Assembly: GCF_009914755.1 (NCBI RefSeq)
Contig: NC_060927.1
Source: the human T2T-CHM13v2.0 reference genome, Homo sapiens
Strand: one strand, 5' to 3'
DNA: 64,000 nucleotides
Part shown: piece by piece, positions 13,180-28,339 of the stretch
How the letters are laid out: each line of letters starts with the position of its first letter
How positions within the stretch are numbered: the first letter of the stretch is position 1
The notes under the pieces: model-generated
Database searches by the model: none
What the model saw: the letters and a program-made list of their open reading frames with translations, nothing else
Told to the model about the DNA's origin: nothing
Program-made: the position numbers and the translations under genes

Positions 13180-16160
13180 ATATAAACGTCAAACCTGTCT
13201 TACATTCATGGATAAATTCCACTTAGTCATGGTACATAATTTTAACATTTTATTTATTTTATACAATGTTGTATTTAATTCCCAAAGTTTTGTTTAGAAT
13301 TTTTGCATATGTGTTCACTAAGGATGTTGATATGTAGATCTGTGTTTTATCTGATTTTCTTCTCTTTTTTTTTTTTTTCAAATTTTCATATAATGGTAAT
13401 TTACTAATAGAATGAGTGAGAAGAATACCTTCATTTTAAATCTTCTGGAAGAATTTCTGTATAATTAATATTATTTTTTCTATATTATATTTGTTAGAAA
13501 TTACAAGGGGAAACATCCAGACCTGGGGTTTTTCTTATGAGAGGATCTTAGCTATAATTTCAATTTATTGTATAAAAGTGTGTTATACAGGTTATTTATT
13601 TCCTCTTGAGGGAGCTTTTGCAACTTCTGTCTTTCAATGACTTGTTCATTTAATATAAATTGTAAATTTATTTTCTTGAGGAAGCTTTTACAATTTTTGT
13701 CTTTCAATGACTTGTTCATTAATCTAAATTGTTAATGTGTTTTCTTTCATTCTCTATCTCACTTAAGGGAATTAAGTATGTTTTTATATCTATTTCATCT
13801 TCAAACTTTTGTTGTGGTTTTTGTAACCTTTAAGACTTATAGTATATACTATCATCAAATTAGTTATAATAGCCCTTTGTTAACCTCTTAATAGCTTTAG
13901 AACATGTATTGAAGCCATCGCTCTCATTTTGGATATTAGTCACAGAGTCTCTGTAATTTCTTGTTAGTTGCTCTCATCAACGCTTTGTGAATATATTTTT
14001 ATTAAGTCAAATAACCAGGATTAACTTCTGATTTTCTGTTTTTCTGTTATTTCACTGATTTACAATCTAATCTTTATCATTTTCTCTTTTTAATTTTGTT
14101 TATAATAGACACAAAGAAACTGTACATATTTAAGGGATTGAGAATGGTGTTTCAATCCATGTGTACATTGCAGAGTAATCAAAGCAGAGTAGTGAGCATA
14201 TCTGTAACCTCAAATCTTTATCATTTCTTTTTGGTGATAATTTTCAAGATCCTCTTTTTTAGCTATCTTGAAATATACAATGCATTGTTAGTTATAGTCA
14301 TTCTACTGTGTAACAGAACAACAGAACTTATTCTTCCTATTAATCTTTAACTTTGTACTCTTTAACAAACCTCTCCTCATCCCTTTACCCAGACTCGCCC
14401 AGACTCTGATAACCATTATTCTACTCTCTACTTCTATGTGATCAGCTTTTAAAGATTCAACATATGAGTAAGATCATGTAGTATTTACCTTTCTGTACGT
14501 GGCTTATTTCTCTTAACATTTTTTCTTCCAGTTTTAGCTATGTTCCCATGAATGACAGGTTTTATTCTTTTTATTAATAGTATTCCATTGTGTATCTGTA
14601 CCACAATTGCTTTATCTATTCATCTTTTGATGAACATTTAGGTTGATTCCATCTCTTGCTATCGTGGATAGTGCTGCAATAAACAGGATGCAGATATCTC
14701 AACTTACTGATTTTAATTCCTTTGGATTTATATACGGTAGTGAAATTGCTGGATCATACAGCAGTTCTATTTTTAGTTTTTTGAGGAAACTTCATACTAT
14801 TATCCTTAATGGCTTTGCTGAAATACATCCTACCAACAATATTTAAGAGTTTCTCTTTCTGATCTTTATCATTTTCTTTCTTCTACTTACCTTGGATTTA
14901 GTGTGCTCTTCTTCTTGTAGATACTTAAAATTGAAGCTGCAGTTACCTATTTGAGACCTTCTTCTCTAGTTGAGAGATTTATTGCTATAAAATTTCTTGT
15001 AAATACCACAATAGTTAGTGGCTTCTCACAAATTTATATCAAAATTTCTATTTCCACTAACGTTACATTAAAATACCTGTGTTTCACTAACATACTGTTC
15101 AAAATACTATCTACTATCCCTTTTTGTTTCTTCTTTAACTTGTGAGTTCTTTAGAAATATTTTATTTGGTTTCCAAATATCTTAGAATTTTACAAATAGC
15201 TTTTTAAATTTATTTCTAATCAATAACATTTTCATCGTGATCAGAGAACATATTATGATGTGACTTTAAAAAATCTATTGAGACATGTTTTGTGTCCCAG
15301 AATATGATCTGATTTATTATAGTTACAAGTGCACTTAAGAAGAATACATATTCTTCTGTCGTTGGGTAGAGTGTTCTACAAAGGCCAATTACGTAAATAG
15401 CTTGATAGTGTTCCTAGCTTCTATATCCTAACTGACTTTCTTTTTTTAATTATACTTATTCCATAATTTATTGATATACTGATATTGAAAACCAAATAAG
15501 ATTATTAATTATTAAATTTCCCTTTGCAAATCTATGTCTTATGTATTTATATTTGCTTTATGTGTTTTATAATTCATAAAGACATAAATGTTTAGCATTT
15601 TTATGTACTCTTGGGTAATTGATCTTTTTATCATTATGAAATACCCCTTTACCCTGGTGATATTATTTGCTGTTAAATCTACTTTGTCTGATATTAATGT
15701 AGCCACACCAGTTTTCATTAGATTACTGTTAGCATGGCATATGTTTTGTCACATTCTTTACTTTTGACCTACTTTTTTTTTCTTTGCATTCAACATAGTC
15801 AGCATTATGCTACTACTATTTACCTACAACTGCTATCTATTATATACTACCTAATGTATGTAGGCAGCATACAGTTGGGTCTTGCTTTTCATTCTACCTG
15901 ACCATCTTTGCCTTTTAATTTAGGTGTGCAGATCATTTATAGTTAAATACATAGGTTTAAGATTATCATCTTACTATTTGTTTTCAATGTTTCATCTCCT
16001 TTTTGTTTCCTTCCTCTTATTACTCTCTCCATTTCCTTCCTTCCTTCCTTTTTTTATTTCTTTTTTTATCTCTCTCTCTCAAATAAATTAAGTATATTTT
16101 CATATCTATTTCATCTTCAAACTTTTGTTGTGTTTTTTAATCTTTAAGATTTATACTATA
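13180..16160 (-). mobile_element. Old L1M (L1MC/MD/ME-type) ORF2 tract, interrupted
   Basis: T-rich antisense L1 motifs: ggataaattccacttagtcatgg, gttgggtagagtgttctac, ctactttgtctgatattaatgtagccac, ggcagcatacagttgggtcttgc. Confidence 0.75.
14086..14857 (-). mobile_element. L1MA-type 3' end nested in L1M
   Basis: L1MA 3'UTR (gcatatc..acctcaaatctttatcatttc, gatagtgctgcaataaaca); 20-bp TSD tct(a/g)atctttatcattttct at 14066-14085 and 14858-14877. Confidence 0.85.
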
Positions 16161-16392
16161 CATCTTTGTGCTTTGGAACATTCCAGTGGAAGACTGTAGC
16201 ATCTCAATAGCTGCAGGTAATGTTCTTACACTCAGAAATGTATTAGCTGAAGATATATTTCAAATGTTTATCTTGTTCCATTCATTCAATTGAATACCAG
16301 TTTCTGTTAGTTTTATCTATAATCTATACTTTTAGTTATTATTTCAGGTATTATTCCTGCACAATAATTTAATTTCAAACTTTGTGTCCTAA

Positions 16393-16799
16393 TGTTATTG
16401 ATTGATTTGTGTTTCCTTATTCTCAAATTCATATATTGAATTCTTAATGCCAAGTACTTCATAATGTCACTGTATTTGGAGATAGGGCCTTTAAAGAAGT
16501 AATTAAATTAAAGTGAGTCAAGGTTGAACCCTGATTCGGTCTGACTATTGTCCTTGTAAGGAGAGGAGATTAGGACATGCAGAGAAATACCAGGTACATG
16601 TGTGCACAGAGGGACAAGCTTATGAAGAGGTAGCGAGAGATCAACTGTCTGCAGACTAAGGAGAGAGTCCTCAGAGAAAACTAATCCTGTCAGCACCTTG
16701 ATCTTGGACTTCCATCCTAAAGAACTGTAAAAACATAAATTTCTGTTGTATACACCTCCCAGTTTGTGTTAGTTATCAAATCCCTAGCAAACTAATACA
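16393..16799 (+). mobile_element. MLT1B MaLR solo LTR
   Basis: tgttattg...aatgtcactgtatttggagatagggcctttaaaga...caccttgatcttggacttcc...ctagcaaactaataca. Confidence 0.88.
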
Positions 16800-16800
16800 A

Positions 16801-17276
16801 TTAGAAAACAACAATTGATTATTTCTCACAACACTAGATAATAAACTTAGAAATTGCTTGCCTGGTAGTTTTCTGCTATGTGTATTCTTGTCTGGGGTCG
16901 CTTAAACAGCTGGCAGCTGGCAGCTGGGCTTAACTGAAAAGTCAATCATAATTTTGCTCACATGTCTGGTGCTTTGATATTCCTTCAATTTCCCTTTCTA
17001 TTTCCATGCGTTTTCTCCCTATTCAGTATTACAATTTAATTTTCTTCAGAGCATGGTCACTGGATTTCCCAGAATGAAAGCATAAGCTACTAGGTATCTA
17101 AAGTCACAAACCCTGAACTAGGACAACAGCACTTTCGCCATATTTTCTTGGTTAAGGCAAGTCATCAACTTAGCTAAGAGGCAAGGGCCAGGTGATAGGC
17201 TCTACTTGATTGTTGATGTGGCATTACAAGGAGAGAAGGAATGTATGGTGGTGTTCTTTAAAAACTATGTTACACA
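16801..17276 (-). mobile_element. Older MLT1 (H/I-like) LTR
   Basis: aaacaacaattgattatttctcac, gctcacatgtctggtgc, cactttcgccatattttcttggttaaggcaagtca, ends gttacaca. Confidence 0.65.
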
Positions 17277-18147
17277 ATCACACTTTTCATTTATTTTCTT
17301 TGTGCATAGCAACATTTAATGCTATTTCTAAAGAAGACTCAAGAAAAATATATTATTCTCCATTTACATAAAAAGCATTCCAAATTTAGTTATTTAGAAA
17401 TGTTAATTCCTGAAGTAGCAGCACACATTATTAATACTCTAGTAGTTCATTCCAGAAAATTCTAGGATGTTAAACAATTAAGACTCACTCTCTAAGTATC
17501 TCTTCACATAAAACCTCACCATTCAGTAGGTAACATGTTTGTCATTTCTGATCTTTTTCCTCTGTTGTGATGTGAAGCTTAGTTTATATTTCTCTCTTAT
17601 TTGCAACCCACCCACATAAAAATAAATTGTCCTTTTTTCTTTCACTTTTAGTTGTCATGTAACAATTGTACAAATTTATGAAAACACTGAGTGATATTTT
17701 CCTACATGCATACCATGTGTAATGATTAAATCAGGATAATTAGCATATCCATCGCTTAAAATATTTATCATTTCTTTTAGTGAACATTCAAAATCCTCTC
17801 TTCTAGCTTTTTGAAGTTATACAATAAATTATTGTTAACTATGTTCATGCTGGAGTGCTATAGACCATTAGAACTTATTGCTTCTTTCTTGCTTTAATTT
17901 TGTGTCTGTCAATCAATGTCTCCCTGCCCTCCCCTCCTCCCTACCCTTCCAAAACTCTAATAACCACAATTTTATTCTCTATTTCTGTGAGATCAAATTT
18001 ATTTTTGCACCCCCATAAGAGTGAGAACATGGATACTTATCTTTCGGTGCTTGAATTATTTCACTTACTATGATGTCTTCCAGGCTTATCCATGTTATCA
18101 CAAACAATGGGATTTCAAGCATTTTTATGGTTGAATATTATTTCACA

Positions 18148-18187
18148 GTGTGTGTGTATGTGTGTGTGTGTGTGTGTGTTTGTGTGT
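18148..18187. repeat. (TG)n microsatellite, interrupted
   Basis: gtgtgtgtgtatgtgtgtgtgtgtgtgtgtgtttgtgtgt. Confidence 0.9.
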
Positions 18188-19478
18188 ATTTTTTCTTAAC
18201 ATCACATTTTTCCATCCATTCATCTGTTGATAAATATTTAGGTTTGTTTCCTATCTTGGCTACTGTGAATAGTGCTGCAATAAACATGGAAATGCATATA
18301 TATCTTTGATATACTGATTTCCTTGTCTTTGGATAAATATCCAGTTATAGGATTTCTGGGTTATATGGTAGTTATCTTTTAATTTTTTTAGAAATCTCCA
18401 TACTGTTTTCCATAATAAATGTACTAACTTACATTCCAACCAACAGTGTATAAGAGTTCTCTTTTCTCTGAATCCTAACCAGTATTTGTTATTTTTTGTC
18501 TTTTTGATGATAGCCGTTCTAACCAGGGTGAAACATTCTCATTATGGTTTTAATTTTCATTTCCCTGATAACGTGATGTTGAGCATTTTTTTCATATATT
18601 TGTTGGTCATTTGAATGTCCTTTTTTAAGAAATGTCTATTCAGATCACTTGCCTACTTTTAAATTAGATTATTGGTTTTTGTTGTTGTTGTCGTCACTGT
18701 TTTTGCTGTTGAGTCCCATATACATTCTGGATATAGGTTCTTTATTGGATGGATAGTTCGCAAATGTTTTCTTTTATTCTTCAGACTGTCTCTTCACTCT
18801 GTTGATTGTTTCCATTTCTGAGCAGAAACTTTTTAGTTTGATATAGTCTCATTTGTCTATTTTTAGTTTTGTTGCCTATGCTTTTGAAGTCTTGCCAATA
18901 AAATATTCACACAGTCCTGTGTCCTAAATCACTTCTGCTATGTTTTTTTCCTAGTAGTTTTATAGTTTGGGGTATCGTATTTGTCTTAATTCATATTGAG
19001 TTGATTTTTGTATATGGTGGTATACAGTAGTCTAGTTTCTTTTTTGCATATTTATATCCTGTTTCTCAGTACCATTTATTGATAAGGCCACCTTTTTCCA
19101 ATGTATGTTCTTGGCACCTTTGTCAAAAATTAGTTGAGTATCAATACATAGATTTATTTCTGCATTCTCTATTCCATCCCATTGCTTTCTGTGTTTTTAT
19201 ACCAATAGCATCATGCTTTGGTTACTATAGCCTGTAGAATATTTTGAAAACAGGTGGGGTGATGCTTTCAGCTGTGTTATTTTTGTTAAGTATTGCTTGA
19301 ACTATTCAGGGTCTTTTGTCACTCCATACAAATTGTAGGATTCCTTTTTATTCTAGTTATTTGAAAGATGCCATAGGTATTTTGACCGGGATTGTATTGA
19401 ATCTGTGCATTGCTTTGGTTAGTATCTCATTTTAACAATATTAATTCTTCCAATTCATGAGCGTGGGATGTCTTCTGA

Positions 19479-19480
<2 letters not shown>

Positions 19481-19516
<36 letters not shown>
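19481..19516. repeat. (TG)18 microsatellite
   Basis: Uninterrupted TG run. Confidence 0.95.
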
Positions 19517-19519
<3 letters not shown>

Positions 19520-21505
19520 CCCCTTAGATTTCTTTCATCAGCGTTTGTAAAGGTTTTCATCTCTTTGAGCAAATTTACTTTTAAGTATTTTATTTCATGT
19601 ACCTATTGTAAATCAATTGCTTTATTTTTCGGCTAGTTCATTATTAATGTACAGAAACATTACCGATTTTTATATGCTGATTATGTATTCTACATCTTTA
19701 CTGAATTTGTTTATCTGTTCTAAGAGTCTTTGGTGGAGTCTTTAGGTTTTTCTATATTTAATATCATATTATCTACAATGAAATAGAATTTTGTCTCATC
19801 CTTTCTAATTTAAAATCCTCTTATTTCTTTCTCTTGCCTAATTGCTCTATGATTTCCAGTACTATGTTGAATAAGAGTGGTAAAAGTGACCATCCTTATC
19901 TTGTTCAAGTTCTTAGATACAAAGCTTTTAGCTTTTCGCTGTTAAGTACAATGTTAGCTGTGCATTTGTTATATACCCCCCTCATTGTGTTAAGGAATGT
20001 TCCTTCTGTATCTAATTTATTGAGAATTTTTGTCACAAAGGATATTGAATTTTATTGAATTCTTATGCTGCATCTATGGAGATGATCATCTGTTTTTTGT
20101 TCTTCATCATGTTTATGTAATGCAATAAATTTACTGGTTTGCGTATGTTGAATAATCTTTGCATCACTGGGATAAATCTCACTTGTTCATGATGTACTTT
20201 TTTTTTGTGCTGTTGGATTCAGTTTGATTGCCCATATTTTGTTGAAGATTTTCCTATGTTCACCAAGGATATTGGCCTGTAGTTTTATTTTTGCTGTGTC
20301 CTTATCTGGTTTTGTTATCAGGGTAATGCTGGCCTCATAGAATAAAAAGGAATCCCTCCTCTTAGCTTTATGAGAGTTTGAGAACTGCTGTAAATTATTC
20401 TTTAACAGTTTGATAGAATTCAATCGAAATGCCATTTGGTATTGGGCTTTTCTTTGTTGGGAGCCTTCTTATTTCTGATTCAGTTTTGGTACTTGTTCTG
20501 TTAGGTTTTCTATTTATTTTTGGTTAGTCTTGAAAGATTATATGTATTATCCATTTTCTCTACATTTTCAAATTTGTTGGTGTATAGTTGTTCATAATAG
20601 TTTCAAATAATCTTTTATATTTCTGTGGTATCAATTGTAATGTTTACTCTTTAACTTCTGATTTTGCTTGGTTCTCTCTCTCTCTCTGTCTTTTTTTTTA
20701 GACTAGCTGATGGTTTATGAATTTGTTTATGCTTTCAAAAAGCCAACTTTTTGTTCTGTTGATATTTTCTATTTTTTACCTCTATCTTGTTTACTTCTTC
20801 TCTGGTCTTTATTATTTATTCCTTTATATGAATTTTGGGCTTGGTTTGTTCTTGCTTTCTTTCTACCCTTTTCATGTAGGGATTTATCACAGTAAAATTC
20901 CCTCTCAGTACTGACTTAGCTATATCCCATAGGTTGTAGTGTGTTCTGTTTCTATTTTTATGTGTTTTAATTTCTAAATTTCCTCTGAATTTCTTCATGG
21001 ACAAGTTTGTCCTTCGGGTATATGTTGTTTAATTTTTTATTTACTTGTACAGTTTCTAGTTTCTCTCATTATTAATTTCTAATAGTATTGCACTGTGGTC
21101 TGAGAAGACACATGACATAATTTTAACTTTAAAAATGTCATTGAGATTTGTTTTATGGCCTAACGTATTATCTTTCTTGGACAATGTTTCATATACTGTT
21201 GAAAATAATGCAGATTCTGCAGCTGTTAGATGAAATGCTCTGTAAATATCTGTTAGGTCCATTTGGTCTATGGCACAGTTTAAGTCTAAGGTTTATTTGT
21301 TGATTTTCTTGTTAGATGATCTTTCTAAAGCTAAAAGTCAGATATTGTAGTGCCCAGCTATTATTGTATTGGAGTTGATATCTCTCTATGGCCCTAGTAA
21401 TACTATTTTTATATATCTGGATGCTCTGTGTGTTGGGTTCATATACCTCAACAATTTTTACATCCTCTTTGTCCATGACCTTTTTTCTCTATTTTTATAT
21501 TTTTC

Positions 21506-21617
21506 TTTTTTTTATTATTATTATACTTTAAGTTTTAGGGTACATGTGCACAATGTGCACGTTAGTTACATATGTATACATGTGCCATGCTGGTGCGCTG
21601 CACCTACTAACTCGTTC
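21506..21617 (-). mobile_element. Very short L1PA2/3-like 3' end insertion (~112 bp)
   Basis: Reverse complement acgagttagtaggtgcagcgcaccagcatggc...ccctaaaacttaaagtataat plus A-rich tail; 14-bp TSD tttttatatttttc at 21492-21505 and 21618-21631. Confidence 0.92.
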
Positions 21618-23849
21618 TTTTTATATTTTTCAACTTAAGGTATATTTTGTCTAAGTGCAGCCACTCCTGCATTTCTTTGGTTTCCATTTGTGGAGAATAT
21701 CTTTTTCCATTCCTTTACTTTCAGTCTATGTGTGTTTTTCTGAGCAAAATGAGTATCTTTTAGGCAGTCTATAGTTGGGTCATAATTTTTTATTCATTCA
21801 GCCAGTCTGTATATTTAACTGGAGAATTTACATTATTCACTTTCAAGGTTGTTATTAAGTGTTAAGGATTACCACTTTCATTTAGTTAATTGAACTGTGA
21901 TTGTTTAGAATATCCTTTTTTCCTCTCTTCCTCTCTAATCATTGATATTTGCAGTGTGGTGGGGTTTTCTTTAACAATAATGTTTGATTCCTTTCTCTTT
22001 CTTATTTGTGTATCTGTTCTTTCATTGAAACACAAAAATGTAAAACTCATATCTTTCTGTGGCATCTCTAATTACATACAGCAAAACATATAAAATGGGT
22101 GTTTATTTCTGACATTTATAATTCAAAACTTTGGTAAAAAGCTACACTTAAAAATTTTACTTGAGATAACAAAAAATAACTAACATCAGAAATTTCTTAT
22201 AAAAATAATAAATACGATTTTATTTTAAAGTGCTGTATATTGTATGAATGAACAATTTAGAAGAGAAAAGTAGTTCTTCTGAATTGCTACATCCATTATT
22301 TTACAGCATGAATGTTTTCTTTAAAAAGTGAAACTACCGAATAAAACAAAAAAGGCTACATCTCCTCTAAAATTTTGTCATATTTTGTTTATGTCTAACA
22401 GAAAAAAAAGACAAGTGAAAGTTACAGACTTCCTTCAATAATAAGAATTAAAATACAATCAAAATGTTTAAATAGTATTAAGAGTCCAAAATTTAAAACA
22501 ATACACTTCCATAATATTCTCTCTTAAGACAATATTTAATGAAATGAGGCACTGAAATGAGAAATAGCCTGTGAATTCTTTTTGTTTTTTAGAACTAATC
22601 TTTAAATATTGAAAACACATCAAGATAAACATAAAATATACAAAATTTGTAGCTGCTGCTCTCAAATACTTGACCCCTAATGCTCTGTACCTCCCAAGCG
22701 CTACAGAATACAGAAAAGCTCTATAGATGTTTCCAGGAAAAAAAAATAGTTTTATTTATTGACAGTAACTATAAACCCAAGTCATAATGAATATTAAGTA
22801 TATAAGAATTTAATCTTGGAGGTAGTTTAAGAGAATCATTATCATTATTGTTGTTATTATTATTATTTTCTAAATGACCTGAATTCTTAATTAATAATTA
22901 AACTAGGCATGTATTGGGTTTTATAATTTATATGTTATTTAATCATTTGTTCAATGATATATGTGGCTGCTACAATGTTAAGAAAAATCATATTTGTCTT
23001 CCATGCTATTTTAACTGAGGTAATCTTGACATTACGTTAGTTAATACCATCTGTGTCAAAGAAAAAGCCTATAAAATAAGAAAAGACAAGTTACTAAATA
23101 TAGAGTATTGCAGCTATTTCACAAGGTCAGGTGATTGAAAGGACTCTTAATACTTCATAGGATGTATTCATATCCATATAAAAGTTGAATAAAGGTAAAT
23201 AATATGGTATAGGAAGAGAAACAATGTATGCATAATCATCAGGGGCCTTTGTCATCCTGGTATAGTTACCTAGAGTCTTTTTTTAATTGTATAACATACG
23301 CTTAGTATTTAGATTATGAACTCCAAAATAATAGGCAAGGAAGATTGGTTCAGGAAAGCCAAACTCAACATTTACAGTGGGGCCTTTTATAGCCTATTGG
23401 TCACATAGACAAATCTGGCTGTACAGCCAGTTAAATCAGGTTTATACCATCAATCTTTATATTCTTAACATGGAAAAGCTAGCCGTAATTCCCTGAAGAA
23501 GAGCTTCAAACTTTAAAAGCATATCAATTAATCAATTGTTATTCCTTCTCATACTCATTTTGATCAAAGTTTAGCTTTAGCCTTTTAATTTGTGTCCTGG
23601 ATAAAGAAAGAGAAACTTAGACTGGGACAACATTTGAGGACATATTTACTGAGACCTTCCTTCCAGAAATTACAAAGGAAAGCAATTCAAAAGACATGAG
23701 TCCAACAAATTCTGAGTAGGATTCATATGATCTTTTTAAAATCAACTTGAATACAAATCACAGTAAAACCAAAAGATCATGAAAAACTAGAACAATAGAT
23801 CATTTAAAACAGAGAAAAAGATTATTTTCAAAGTAGCAATATTTATTGA

Positions 23850-25540
<1,691 letters not shown>

Positions 25541-25544
25541 ACTT

Positions 25545-26320
25545 GACTTTTGCTTCAACTAAGTTTGTAGAAAGCCACAGGAGAATGTCACTCCTACCCT
25601 AACAAGCTCTAGCTACAAAAATGTACAAAATCTAGACTCCATCTAAGAGCTAGCTAACAAGGTAAATCAAATTCCAAACATCACAGTGGCAAGTTCCTCC
25701 AAAGAGAGAGAACACAAACACTATTCCACCTTTGACAGACTTCAAAGAGAGAGGGGACTGCCATAAAGCAGATAACAGGAAAATGACTGAATGTTTACCA
25801 AGACCTGAAAGGCTGAGCATTTTGTCCAGACATAACCAGTCTGTACTCATCAGCGCTTTTCTATTGGCTTTTGCAGAGCACTGATGAGAAGATGGAGAAG
25901 GACAGGAAAAAGACAGATTCAACCTGTGGCAGAGAGACACCACATAGATTTTAGTTTCTCTATTCCTGGAATTTCACTTTGCCCCAGCTCCCCACGAAGA
26001 CCAGACAAAGACTTACTGTCTCTGGAAAAGGAGTAGAAGCAAAAAGGCAATGCTACTGGAGGAGGCCCAGAAAAGCGCTTCCTGCATGTGCTCCTGCTTG
26101 AGTCCTAAATTGCACAAGGCAGATTTTTATTACCTTGGACTTTTGGGTCTGTGTAGGGTGGGGATGAGTGGTAGGCAGGAAAGCTAATAAGGCTTTGAAA
26201 GTAATCCCAGGTGCATAAGGCCCGTCTGAGACCCGAGGCTGAAGGAGAACAGGGAAAGCTCCCCTCTACCTTAATCTTTACATCGCACCTTAAATATTTG
26301 TAAAACACATATCCAACTAA
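25545..26320 (+). mobile_element. Probable old L1M 5'UTR-type sequence
   Basis: Begins gacttttgcttc; purine-rich and more GC-rich than its flanks; lies between L1 ORF2 pieces. Family not certain. Confidence 0.4.
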
Positions 26321-27190
26321 GGACTTGAAGCCAGATTATCTAAAGAACTATTACAAAAATAATAAAAATAACAAAATATTAAAAACTCAATACAAGGTAC
26401 CAAGATTTGATTGGCTGCTCCCTCACAAATGATGCATAAACAGATACAAGCACATGAAAACATACTTCATATCTTGCATTAAGAAAACCCAAGTGAAATC
26501 AATGGGATAGTGCTACAGGCTTACTTGAATGGCTAAAATTAAAAAAAAAAAAAGATTACCAATGTGAATACTGAGGAGGAGGTAAAGCAACTGGAACTTT
26601 TTAGACACCATCGGTGTAAATGCAAGTAGTACAACTACTTAGGAAGACACCACAGTTTCTTGAAAAATTTAATACATAGCTCTCAATATAACCCAGGCAT
26701 TTTACTTCTAAGTATTTACCCAAGAAAAATGAAAACATACCTTTACACAAAGGCCTCTATTTGTATCAACTTTCTCATAATCTATTATAAACAATTTCCA
26801 GACTAGAAATAAATGAACAAATTGCAATTATCTATTTAATGGAATAGTGTTAACTCATTAATAAAATTAATATGCAACAACAACGATCTTATAACTGAAA
26901 GAAGACAGAGAAAAGGCTACATAGTAGATGCTTCATTTATATAACATTCTGAAAGTGGCAAAGAGCAAGGGAAATGAATCAAATCAGGAGTTGCCAGTGG
27001 CTAGAGATTAGGGGACACTATGGACTATCCAGGGCACCAGGGACCACTTTAAAGTTCAGGAAACATTTGACATCTTCAAATGGGTAGTCACATAGCTACA
27101 TATTTGAGAAATTTATTGAATTATATACTTAAAAATTATGAACTTAATTGCATTTAAATTGTACCTCAATAAAACTGACTCTTAAAAAAC
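26320..27190 (+). mobile_element. L1MD/ME-type 3' end
   Basis: aagcacatgaaaa, gtatttacccaagaaaaatgaaaacata, ends aattgtacctcaataaaactg. Confidence 0.7.
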
Positions 27191-27299
27191 TGTATTGAGG
27201 AGGATCTTGATATAAATTTGTTTGATGTGATTATATAGATGGGAAACATTGGCATATTCTATTAATATCAGTGTATTTCAATATTCTATTAAAAATTCT

Positions 27300-28230
27300 G
27301 ATTCTGACACTTCAAAAATATGTTGAATTAAAGAATAACGAAAATCCAAATTTTATGTCACAAGATGCAGATATAGCAATGAGTAGAACAAAGGAATAGC
27401 CTTAAAATGCATATGCTAGAGAAGAAATGAGCTAATTGTCTGTCTCAAGATATTAGAAAAAAAATAGCAAAGTAATCTCAAGAGATTAGAAGCAAAGAAA
27501 TAATAATCACACAAGAAATGATGTAGAAAACACTCATAATAGAGAGAATCAATAAACTTAAAATTTGGTTCTTGAACAGACTTACCAAATTCGAAATGGC
27601 TGTTAAAATGGATTAGAAAAGAAAGAAAGAGAACACTAGTCAAAAATAACTTAATCTAGTCAACACTGCAGACACTATATACATTGAAAATATAAGTAGT
27701 TGTGAATAACTTTTTAATGGATCTATTCTCCAGTACAATAAAATTTATCAATATTAAGTGTTTTGCTAATTTTATACAACCATATTAGCACTAATGCAAT
27801 CAATAAATAGGAATCAATAAATAGAAAACACTTCAGCCTAAAAGATTTCCTCAAGCTCCTTTACATAGATCCTCTCCTCCACACCCTGCCTTAACTATCC
27901 ACTAATCTGCTTTCTGTCAGTTTTGCAGTTCTAAAATTTCTATAAATGGAATCATACAGAAATTTCATTTTATTTGGTTTATTTCAATTAATGCAATTTT
28001 TATAATGTAATGTTAATCTATGTTTTCTGTACATTAATATTTAATTTCTCTTTTAGCTGAATAATATTTTATGCCATGGATAAATTCAAATGTATCTGTT
28101 CACCAATTGGGTTTCTTCCAGTTGAGGGCTGTGACAAAGAATATTGTTGTAAACTTTTGTGTATGTGTGTCTTTGCTGAATTGTTTTCTGTTGTGTTTGT
28201 CCCTAGCACTAGAATTTTGCTAGAACACAG
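27300..28230. mobile_element. Old L1M fragments (plus-strand ORF2 to ~27750, then minus-strand 3'UTR)
   Basis: tagagagaatcaataaacttaaaatttggttcttgaa on plus; ccactaatctgctttctgtc...tataaatggaatcatacag as an antisense L1M 3'UTR. Confidence 0.55.
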
Positions 28231-28339
28231 TAAGGTTTATTACATATCTTTGAAATTAATTATGCTCCTAAAGTGGCATAGCATACAGAAAAAAATGAGA
28301 GGATATTTTTCTAAAAGACAAAGAGAGCTTGCTGACTGT

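Larger units (their letters stand above)
17640..22020 (-). mobile_element. L1MA-type LINE-1, ~4.3 kb, 3' end through ORF2 endonuclease region
   Basis: 3'UTR aattgtacaaatttatg...tgattaaatcaggataattagcatatccatc; ORF-track remnants MDLTDIYRAFHLTAAE, NLWDIAKSVLRGNF, FYEASITLITKPDKD. Confidence 0.88.

Noticed and set aside
23415-23430. Perfect 16-bp palindrome ctggctgtacagccag
   Set aside because: About one 8-bp-arm palindrome is expected by chance in 64 kb.
27798-27825. Short tandem duplication of aatcaataaatag, and atattctattaa repeated near 27254-27292
   Set aside because: Ordinary slippage in AT-rich old L1; no array structure.
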